Made by a program: the position numbers and the translations under genes
DNA from: a virus
Taxonomy: Duplodnaviria; Caudoviricetes
IMG/VR virus record: IMGVR_UViG_3300036830_000218
Location: 1 to 30,623 of that record
Length of the DNA stretch: 30,623 nucleotides
Strand: one strand, 5' to 3'
Shown: in pieces, positions 24,366-30,623 of the stretch
How positions within the stretch are numbered: the stretch's first letter is position 1
How the letters are laid out: every line of letters starts with the position of its first letter
Notes under the pieces: generated by a model
Databases searched by the model: none
What the model was told of the DNA's origin: nothing
What the model saw: only the letters and a program-made list of their open reading frames with translations

Positions 24366-24625
24366 GCTGCCATTCTACCTGCGGCGATTACGTTACGTGT
24401 TGGTCTGGGCGTATGGCGCGACGGGCCTTCCCAGGAAGCGCTAAGATGTTCGATGTGCCTCCTAAATGAAGGCGCCCCCGGCCGCAGACTCCCATCTGCT
24501 GGCCAGGGGCTAAGCCACACCGAATGGACCGGTGGACCTGATGAACACCATAATCTTAGCGGCCCGCCATCCGGCCCGCATCTGGCGCACGGCGCCTCCT
24601 ATTACCACCTCAGGGTGAGCCGCGA

Positions 24626-25255
24626 GTGGCGCCCGGACCCGAGTGGTACCGGCGCTGGTGCAAGGACAGGTGCGGCGACCAGGAGCATTGCTACAAGGCT
24701 CACGTCGCGATCCCCGAGCTCGGCCCGTCCAGGGGCAAGCCGGGAAGCCTCCGCTACCGCTGCCCAGTGCCCGAGCATGATGACCGCGGCTACCAGTGCT
24801 ACGTCAACCCCGGCACCGGGCCGAACCCGTGCTGGATGGTCTGGCACTGCCTCACCTGCACCGACGAGGCCGTGCGCGCAGCGCTGTCCGCGCTTGGCAT
24901 CGATGATGACTGCCTCGGGAGCTTCGGCACTGCGGGCTATACCGCGGACGTCCGGCAGCGCGACGACGCCGACGCCCGCCAGGCCGCGCTGCTCGCCGCC
25001 GCGATGGCCGACCAGCGGCGACTGCACGCGATCCTGCAACTGCCGGCCAAGCTCAGTGGCTATGAGACGCGGATGTGCCAGATCGTCATCTGCGGCACCG
25101 ACGATGACCTGCCGCCGGACCCGGCCGTGCTCATCGGCTCCATGCCCTACGAGGTCGCGGCCGAACTGGCGCGCACGATCGGGGCGCCCGTGTCAACTAG
25201 CTACCGGATCGCGGGCCGGTGGTGTGCTGCTCAGCAGATGCCTGAGGCCGGCTAG
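24626..25255 (+). CDS. Primase-type Zn-binding domain plus C-terminal HTH; candidate replication initiator
   Basis: RCPVPEHDD......V.......WHCLTCTDEAVRAALSALGI resembles CPxHxD...HC..C primase Zn fingers; AAELARTIGAPVSTSYRI HTH. Confidence 0.55.
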   Translation: MAPGPEWYRRWCKDRCGDQEHCYKAHVAIPELGPSRGKPGSLRYRCPVPEHDDRGYQCYVNPGTGPNPCWMVWHCLTCTDEAVRAALSALGIDDDCLGSFGTAGYTADVRQRDDADARQAALLAAAMADQRRLHAILQLPAKLSGYETRMCQIVICGTDDDLPPDPAVLIGSMPYEVAAELARTIGAPVSTSYRIAGRWCAAQQMPEAG

Positions 25256-25357
25256 TAATCCTGTACTCACTGCCCGGCGTAACAAGCAGTACTACCAGCC
25301 GGGAGCGGGAACCTGTCAAATCCGCAGGTCAGAGGCCATCGTTCGACGTCTAAGCAC

Positions 25358-25434
25358 TCCCAGTCTGGGAAAACGGACACCGCTCATTCCCATTTTGGGA
25401 ATCGTGAGGCACCGAAGCTTTCCCATTTTGGGAA
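25358..25434. repeat. Three palindromic TCCCA-N3-TGGGA boxes (iteron/operator-like)
   Basis: TCCCAGTCTGGGA 25358-25370; TTCCCATTTTGGGAA 25387-25401 and 25420-25434; located in a lower-GC intergenic region. Confidence 0.8.
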
Positions 25435-25486
25435 TCCCGACATACAGGACAGCGATCACTGACACCCCAGAGAGAGGATGCAGGTC

Positions 25487-26146
25487 ATGACCACCACCAC
25501 CGACACCCCCGAGAACTGGAAGCAGCCCTACGAGGGCGTGACCGGCACCGCCCGCGAGGATGACCTGCTGAGCCTGGAGGAACCCGCGGTCGCCGTCCGC
25601 AAGCTGTTCGCCGGCCTTGCGGGCGTGCTGATGAAGACCACGCTGGTCGGCCAGCCCGCGCCGATCGTGACGCGCATCTACGAGCGGATGAAGGCCCCGC
25701 AGCCCGGCGACATCGTGCTGGAGACCAGCACCATGTACCGGCAGGCCGAGGACTGGTACAAGGGCTTCGGCGTCCTGCTGGAGCACCGCCGGGAGTGGTG
25801 GGAGACCGACGCCGACTGGGAGAAGCACTGCGCCGAGGAACGCGCCGCCCACGAGGATTTCCTCAAGGGCCCGTACGCCCATCCGGGCGACGCTGACGAG
25901 CCGTGGGAGCCGGGCGAGCGAATGAAGGACCACGCCTGGTACATCCAGTACGGGTCCGGCGAGCGGGACATCTGCCGGTGGGTCAACTGCGAGTTCCTGG
26001 CCATCCCGACCGACCCGCGCGGCTGGGACTTCCCGGCCGGCTACCGCGATGGCACCGCGACCGTCTTCACCCGCGGGTCCCTGCTCGGCGGCCTCGCTGA
26101 CAGCGGCTTCGCGCTCCGCGACCCCTCTGCGGGAGCGTCATCATGA
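25487..26146 (+). CDS. Hypothetical phage protein
   Basis: Strong GC3 bias; GAGAGG RBS; start 25478 or 25487. Confidence 0.7.
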   Translation: MTTTTDTPENWKQPYEGVTGTAREDDLLSLEEPAVAVRKLFAGLAGVLMKTTLVGQPAPIVTRIYERMKAPQPGDIVLETSTMYRQAEDWYKGFGVLLEHRREWWETDADWEKHCAEERAAHEDFLKGPYAHPGDADEPWEPGERMKDHAWYIQYGSGERDICRWVNCEFLAIPTDPRGWDFPAGYRDGTATVFTRGSLLGGLADSGFALRDPSAGASS

Positions 26147-26445
26147 CCACCGACACCAACCCCGCGGCCTGCGCGGTCGACTGGGCGGCGTTCGGCCTGG
26201 CCGACGCTGCTGCCAGCCTGGGGCTCGGCGCGTGCACCGTGGAGGCGAGCTTCGAGATCTCCGAGGCGTGCGTTCACGAGCACGTCGCCCGGTCGCTGGC
26301 CTGCCACGAGTGCGTGGCCGAGATGCTGTCCTACGAGGGCGAGCCTGGTAACTGGTGCTGCGGGCCGTGCGCGGCACTCGGGCATCAGTGCCCCGCTCCG
26401 CTCATGATCGCGGACCTGGCCGAGACGGAAGGAGCCCGTCCATGA
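26143..26445 (+). CDS. Cys-rich hypothetical protein
   Basis: CVHEH, CHEC, CCGPC and HQC motifs; ATGA coupling. Confidence 0.6.
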   Translation: MTTDTNPAACAVDWAAFGLADAAASLGLGACTVEASFEISEACVHEHVARSLACHECVAEMLSYEGEPGNWCCGPCAALGHQCPAPLMIADLAETEGARP

Positions 26446-26750
26446 AGCGCCACTGGTTCCAGGATCGCGACGGCACGTTCTACCGGAACCTGCCGCTGAT
26501 CATGGCCGAGCAGGCCCGCTGCCGGCCGTACCCGTGGCTGTGGCGGCACCTGCGCGAGCTGGACGCCGAGTGGGACCGCGCATGGAAGGCCGGGGTGCTC
26601 CGCAAACCTGCCCTCGGCCGCGGCGACGTGCTGGCTCACCCGGCTCCGATGCGCGAGGCATACCCCGGCCGGCCTGGGCTGTGGGTGCTCGACGAGGAAT
26701 GGCCCATGGACCACATTGCGGACGCACCCCCGGAAGGAGCCCGTCCATGA
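26426..26750 (+). repeat. 20-bp direct repeat flanking one gene
   Basis: CGGAAGGAGCCCGTCCATGA at 26426-26445 and 26731-26750. Confidence 0.85.
26442..26750 (+). CDS. Hypothetical protein
   Basis: AAGGAG RBS; ATGA coupling. Confidence 0.6.
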   Translation: MKRHWFQDRDGTFYRNLPLIMAEQARCRPYPWLWRHLRELDAEWDRAWKAGVLRKPALGRGDVLAHPAPMREAYPGRPGLWVLDEEWPMDHIADAPPEGARP

Positions 26751-26962
26751 CCACCATCGCCGAATCCTGGGCGCACGGCTCCCGGCTCGGCCGCGAGCAC
26801 CGCAGCGTCCGCATGCACCTGGTGGAAGATCACGCCGTCGAGCCCGGCTGGGCCGAGAACGCGTCGGACGGAGCGGTTCACGGCAAGCACGACGGGCTGC
26901 ACCGTCACGTCTGGGCGTACGAGGCTGATCTGCCGCACGGCGCGAGGGAAGCGGCCCGGTGA
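26747..26962 (+). CDS. His-rich hypothetical protein
   Basis: AAGGAG RBS; HLVEDH...H...H...H.H. Confidence 0.55.
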   Translation: MTTIAESWAHGSRLGREHRSVRMHLVEDHAVEPGWAENASDGAVHGKHDGLHRHVWAYEADLPHGAREAAR

Positions 26963-27165
26963 CCGCTCCAGGCCCGGCGCAGCTCTGGCGCGAGGCGGGC
27001 GGCGGCACCGACCACTACGACCCGGAGCGCTACAGGGCGCTGATGCGCCAGCACGGCCACTTGCTGAGCCCTGGCGATGACGGGTACGAGCAGGGATCGC
27101 GCGACCTGCCGTGCGGATGGCCCGGCGGCCAGCGGACAGCCGGGCCGGAAGGGGAACAGCCGTGA
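26959..27165 (+). CDS. Hypothetical protein
   Basis: GTGA coupling on both sides. Confidence 0.55.
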   Translation: MTAPGPAQLWREAGGGTDHYDPERYRALMRQHGHLLSPGDDGYEQGSRDLPCGWPGGQRTAGPEGEQP

Positions 27166-27431
27166 GCGAGCCCTTCGAGGCGGCAGCGCGGCGGTCGATG
27201 CTGGAGCGGCTGGCCGGCGGCCTCGCCATCCTTTCGCATGCCCCTGAGCTGGAGTGGACGTGCTGCTTCCAGCCGTTCGAGCACGGCTGCTACAGCGACG
27301 GCTCGCCGCTTGCATGGGAGTGGCGGTTCTGCAACGGCGGGATGCCGGGCCGGTTCTTCGAGACCAGGCCATGCGGGCACTGGCACCACCGCCACGAGTG
27401 CCCGCCGGTTGCGCTTGGCGCGTCCTCATGA
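27162..27431 (+). CDS. Cys/His-rich hypothetical protein
   Basis: GTGA coupling; CC...HGC...C...CGHWHH. Confidence 0.55.
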   Translation: MSEPFEAAARRSMLERLAGGLAILSHAPELEWTCCFQPFEHGCYSDGSPLAWEWRFCNGGMPGRFFETRPCGHWHHRHECPPVALGASS

Positions 27432-27589
27432 CGGCCCCCGGCCCCGTCCTTTCCCGCCTCGCGGAGTGGTGGCGCCCGGTGATCGTTCCTCCCCTCGACC
27501 GCGCCTCTCCGGTACCGGACGGGGCAATGGGGGGCAGCCCGGCTGACGGCGCGGACCAGGACGGGGCTGCGGGTGATCACGGGTCGTGA
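27428..27589 (+). CDS. Small hypothetical protein
   Basis: ATGA coupling only. Confidence 0.35.
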   Translation: MTAPGPVLSRLAEWWRPVIVPPLDRASPVPDGAMGGSPADGADQDGAAGDHGS

Positions 27590-27608
27590 GACTGGCGCCG
27601 CGTTCCGC

Positions 27609-27646
27609 TTGACGGTGGAACCAGATCGGTTGCATAATGGTTGCAT
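27609..27646 (+). promoter_or_regulatory. Sigma70-type leaderless promoter with RHH-type operator repeats
   Basis: TTGACG-18-CATAAT-6 nt-ATG; GGTTGCAT direct repeats at 27628 and 27639. Confidence 0.75.
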
Positions 27647-27812
27647 GGCCCAGTTCACTATCCGCATCCCGGACGAACTCCGGGACCGCATTGTCAGCGC
27701 AGCCGATGCCGACAAGCGCTCCATGAACGGCGAGATCGAGTGGCTGCTGGAAGGCGCCTTGGCCGAGCGCGCCAAGCGCGGGACGTCAGGCGACGGGGGC
27801 TCACATGCATGA
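27645..27812 (+). CDS. Arc-family ribbon-helix-helix protein
   Basis: QFTIRIPDELRDRI...A....RSMNGEI..LLE. Confidence 0.9.
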   Translation: MAQFTIRIPDELRDRIVSAADADKRSMNGEIEWLLEGALAERAKRGTSGDGGSHA

Positions 27813-28323
27813 GATCGACCACCAACTGAAGATCCGCGGGGCCGCCGCCGTGTACCGGCTGTTCGCGGCAGACGGCGAGTTGCTGTACGTCGGAATGACC
27901 AAGGACGTCGGCCGCCGCTTCAGGGATCATTCACACGAGAAGGACTGGTGGCACCTAGTCGCGCGCCACGAGATCGTCCAGTACGAAACTCGCGGCGAAG
28001 CCGCTTGCGCTGAGGATCTGGCGATCAACACGGAACGGCCGACGCGCAATCGCTTCGACCCCATCGCGTCTCGCGAAGCGTCCTGGGCGCTGACCCCGCC
28101 GCCTCGCGAAGCGTCTGGCTCCAAGCTCAAGTTGCCGGCTCTCCGCAGTGGCGACCGCCACAAGGGGAAGATCATGACGGTTCGCTTTCCGGCGCCGCAG
28201 CGGGACCGCCTGAAGCAATACGCGGCGAAGGTCGGCAAGGGCGAGCGAGAGGTAGTCCGCGAGGCCATCACCGAGTACCTGGACAAGCACGACCCCGACA
28301 CCAACAGGGAGCAGCAGTCATGA
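27805..28323 (+). CDS. GIY-YIG nuclease fused to C-terminal RHH domain
   Basis: AVYRLF..DGELLYVGMT....RRF.DH...E..AI....P..N; MTVRFP......LKQYA.......EVVREAITEYL. Confidence 0.8.
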   Translation: MHEIDHQLKIRGAAAVYRLFAADGELLYVGMTKDVGRRFRDHSHEKDWWHLVARHEIVQYETRGEAACAEDLAINTERPTRNRFDPIASREASWALTPPPREASGSKLKLPALRSGDRHKGKIMTVRFPAPQRDRLKQYAAKVGKGEREVVREAITEYLDKHDPDTNREQQS

Positions 28324-28529
28324 GCCAGTCATACGACCTCACCATTCAGTTGCGAGTCGGCGCCCGCGACGGCGTGACCCGATCCCAGATCCTCGCGGGA
28401 GTGGAGGCCGCGGTGCGAGACGTCCGCGAGCAGCAGGACCCGGCAACCGCATGGTGGGCCGAGTCCGCAGCCGCTGTCTATGCCAACGTGGGCGACGGCC
28501 TCGCCGCTGAGCAGGAGCGCGACCGATGA
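28320..28529 (+). CDS. Hypothetical protein
   Basis: GGGAG RBS; ATGA coupling. Confidence 0.55.
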   Translation: MSQSYDLTIQLRVGARDGVTRSQILAGVEAAVRDVREQQDPATAWWAESAAAVYANVGDGLAAEQERDR

Positions 28530-28909
28530 GCAACACCATGGCCCCCTACCCGACCCACCGGTTCGCCGGCGTGAACAGCGAGCGCCAGGGTGTCGGCCTT
28601 CCCGGTCACTGCGAGCGGTGTGCCGAGTTCGGCCACGTCCGCGCTCACAAGAACCTCGGCTGCGGCGACGTGGGCTGCGAGGCCGCGCACGGCGACGCCG
28701 AGGAGGCGACCGCATCCGCCTTACCCGCCACGCAGCCCGCAGATGCCCGCTGGGACGCCCTGAAGGCGTACCTCCGCGACCGCATCGACGCCGAGACTCC
28801 CGTCATGGAGGGCTTCCGGGGAGGGATCACCGGGGCCGCGTCGGGCGGGATCGTGTCGGCGTGCAGGTCCGCGCTGGCCGAGATGAAGCGACTGGAGGAC
28901 GCGCGATGA
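28526..28909 (+). CDS. Hypothetical protein (Cys/His motif)
   Basis: HCERC..GH..AH...GCGDVGC; AGGAG RBS. Confidence 0.6.
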   Translation: MSNTMAPYPTHRFAGVNSERQGVGLPGHCERCAEFGHVRAHKNLGCGDVGCEAAHGDAEEATASALPATQPADARWDALKAYLRDRIDAETPVMEGFRGGITGAASGGIVSACRSALAEMKRLEDAR

Positions 28910-29037
28910 GCGACCACCCCGGCTACTGGTGCCATGACTGCCAGGTCGAGGTCATCTACTGGTCCGAGTTCCTGGAGCACGCGAACGCTGGCCATGCGAT
29001 CCAGGTCGGCGCACCGGAGGGGGAGAACGCACGATGA
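28906..29037 (+). CDS. 43-aa C2H2-like Zn-finger peptide
   Basis: YWCHDC........F.EH...GH; GGAGG RBS; ATGA overlaps. Confidence 0.6.
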   Translation: MSDHPGYWCHDCQVEVIYWSEFLEHANAGHAIQVGAPEGENAR

Positions 29038-29432
29038 GCACTCCGCTGGTCGACAGCATCATCGACACGACCCCTGCCGCTGACGTCCTGGCCATGGTGT
29101 CCGCCGCCATGCTGGCCCTGGCCGACGCCGCGACGCCTGACCGCTGGGTGGAGATGTGCCTGGGCTCGGAGGGCTGCCAGGTCATCCGTGACTGCGGCCC
29201 CCGCGAGCGGGACCGCCGCGTCGTAGCCCGGCTCACCGGCAAGCGGGAGTGGAAGCACGACCACGCCGACGCCGCCTACCTGGCCGGGATGCAGCCGGCC
29301 GTGGCCAGGGCAACCGCCCGCCTGCTCGCGGAACTGGGCGAGCACGCCGCTCACGGCAGCCAGGGCGCCCTCGTGGCGGATGGCATGGACATCGCCCGGG
29401 CCTTCATGGACGCGACGGGGTGGAGGCCGTGA
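29034..29432 (+). CDS. Hypothetical phage protein
   Basis: AATPDRW...ADAAYLAGMQP motif common in phage accessory proteins; GGGGAG RBS. Confidence 0.6.
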   Translation: MSTPLVDSIIDTTPAADVLAMVSAAMLALADAATPDRWVEMCLGSEGCQVIRDCGPRERDRRVVARLTGKREWKHDHADAAYLAGMQPAVARATARLLAELGEHAAHGSQGALVADGMDIARAFMDATGWRP

Positions 29433-29572
29433 GCGACGACCCGAAGCTCTGCGCCCGCTGCGATGACGAGCCTGTCGGCCCCGGTCAGATCCTCTGCCTG
29501 CGCTGCGCCGCGGACCTTGAGTCTCGCGGGGTTGAGTTCTGGTACGAGCAGGCCCTGGCCGACGAGGACTGA
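29429..29572 (+). CDS. 47-aa CxxC-CxxC Zn-finger peptide
   Basis: LCARC........LCLRC; GGAGG RBS; GTGA overlap. Confidence 0.6.
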   Translation: MSDDPKLCARCDDEPVGPGQILCLRCAADLESRGVEFWYEQALADED

Positions 29573-29750
29573 CCCCCCGAATACCGGTCTGTGTATTTTG
29601 CAGCCTGCATGCCACTCTTATCTGCATGGCCAGACTGCTCGCCTTCCTGCACATACGCCGGCGCCCGAAGCCCAGGCACGCCGGCGGGTACGCCCGCTAC
29701 ACCTGACGCCGGTCCCTGATTCCGTCCCACGTCAGCGGTACCATCAGGGC

Positions 29751-29936
29751 ATGGCCGCAGCCCTGCACGACACCTCCCTGGCGCCCCTCACGTCGTCGCT
29801 GCCGGACCTGGGACGGGTTCCCCTGGGGCGCATGCAGGAGCAGGGCGCGGAGGGGCTGAGCGAGACGCTGAACAGGGTGCTCCCGGCGCCCGAGGTGTCC
29901 CAAGTGCCCGTCGCTGCCTTTAATAGCAGCATATGA
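29751..29936 (+). CDS. FxSxx-COOH family RiPP precursor-like peptide (FxsA-like), 61 aa
   Basis: MAAALHDTSLAPLTSSLPDLGRVPLGRMQEQGAEGLSETLNRVLPAPEVSQVPVAAFNSSI*: LPDL..VPL..., L...L.RVL leader and terminal AAFNSSI; TACCAT -10 located 6 nt before ATG. Confidence 0.85.
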   Translation: MAAALHDTSLAPLTSSLPDLGRVPLGRMQEQGAEGLSETLNRVLPAPEVSQVPVAAFNSSI

Positions 29937-29956
29937 GTAGCTTGGCGGCGCAGGCG

Positions 29957-30238
29957 TTACCTGGGCTGGTAGCGCGGCTCCGGATCGCGCCACGACTCGT
30001 CTTCCGGCTCCCAGGGCTGCGTATAGCCGCTGAGCGGCGAGCCCGAGTGGTGATGCCTGCCGCTGCACGCCTGCGGCCCGTAGCCGATTCGCCAGCGGTC
30101 GCCCTGGTCGGTGTCCTCATTGTGGCAGCACTCGACCAGCGAGCAGCCGCACCACAGGCCGAGGTAGCGGTCGATGCCCAGGCGGTCGCGGGACAGCCGG
30201 TTGTCGCGGGTGTCAGGCCAGGAGCGGTGGCCGCTCAT
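29957..30238 (-). CDS. Cys/His-rich hypothetical protein
   Basis: ATGA coupling; CGC...CCH...C..HHH. Confidence 0.5.
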   Translation of the reverse strand: MSGHRSWPDTRDNRLSRDRLGIDRYLGLWCGCSLVECCHNEDTDQGDRWRIGYGPQACSGRHHHSGSPLSGYTQPWEPEDESWRDPEPRYQPR

Positions 30239-30438
30239 ATCCGCTCCACGCCCATCACCGCGACAGCCAGCTTCCCGCCCACTGCCGCGGTCTCGGCCAT
30301 GCACTTGAGGCACCGGACCACCCTGCATCCCCGGTCGGCGCAGTGCCAGCGGACGGTGCGGGACTGGCAGGCATGGCACCAGGGCGGGGAGCCCCAGCCG
30401 GACAGGTGGCCCGCGTAGAGGCCGCGAGGCTCGCTCAT
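30235..30438 (-). CDS. Zn-finger hypothetical protein
   Basis: CHAC...HC...C...CLKC; ATGA coupling. Confidence 0.55.
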   Translation of the reverse strand: MSEPRGLYAGHLSGWGSPPWCHACQSRTVRWHCADRGCRVVRCLKCMAETAAVGGKLAVAVMGVERI

Positions 30439-30623
30439 GGCGCCAGCGATTCCACGATGACGCCGATCCCCAGACCTCGCCGGTACGGGCGCGGGATCAT
30501 GAACGACTCGACCGCCCTGACCCGGCGCACCACGCCATCGAGAAGGACATCCTGGCCGACGAGGGATTCCGGGTAGTCCAGGTTCGGCTCGTCCACCACC
30601 CACAGCAGGCCGTGACCGTTGAT
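30435..30623 (-). CDS. Hypothetical protein, 3' part (starts outside window)
   Basis: Open frame ...LVGQDVLLDGVVRRVRAVESF... ending in an ATGA overlap at 30435. Confidence 0.5.
   Translation of the reverse strand: MNGHGLLWVVDEPNLDYPESLVGQDVLLDGVVRRVRAVESFMIPRPYRRGLGIGVIVESLAP

Noticed and set aside
25358-25434. CRISPR-like reading of the palindromic repeats
   Set aside because: Only 2-3 units of 13-15 bp with ~17-18-bp gaps, and no cas genes.
24228-25490. 420-aa plus-strand ORF
   Set aside because: Low-complexity S/A/R/P translation overlapping the better-supported 24626..25255 frame and intergenic repeats.
29463-29750. 157-aa long form of the FxSxx ORF
   Set aside because: The extension overlaps another gene and intergenic DNA; family size and the -10 box favour ATG 29751.

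Overview
High-GC (actinobacterial-type) temperate phage or phage-plasmid segment. Minus strand 1-9.7 kb is a complete head/packaging module: major capsid N-terminus cut by the window edge, scaffold, prohead protease, MuF-like minor head protein, portal, TerL and TerS. It is invaded by two free-standing endonuclease genes (EndoVII/HNH-type and Zn-repeat/GIY-YIG-type). Upstream on the same strand (13-21.1 kb) lies an actinomycete conjugation-type (AICE/Streptomyces plasmid-like) module: a TraB/FtsK ATPase, membrane/Spd-like genes, a DUF2637 protein and an excisionase-like HTH. Divergent from it is a GntR (Kor-like) + XRE/DUF5919 + Nudix operon. 23-30.6 kb holds a minimal nucleotidyltransferase, a primase-Zn-finger/HTH protein followed by iteron-like palindromes, an Arc + GIY-YIG-RHH pair and many translationally coupled Cys/His-rich microproteins. 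Highlights not evident from the ORF track: (i) an orphan FxSxx-COOH RiPP-precursor-like peptide with its own promoter, (ii) a 42-aa gene between portal and MuF that copies the capsid N-terminal motif, (iii) a probable ATC start codon for TerS, (iv) a 9-Cys metallothionein-like peptide between TerL and portal, and (v) opposed CTGACGC arrays in the transfer region. All family calls come from motif recognition by eye; no database search was run. No integrase, lysis, tail, tRNA or CRISPR features were seen.
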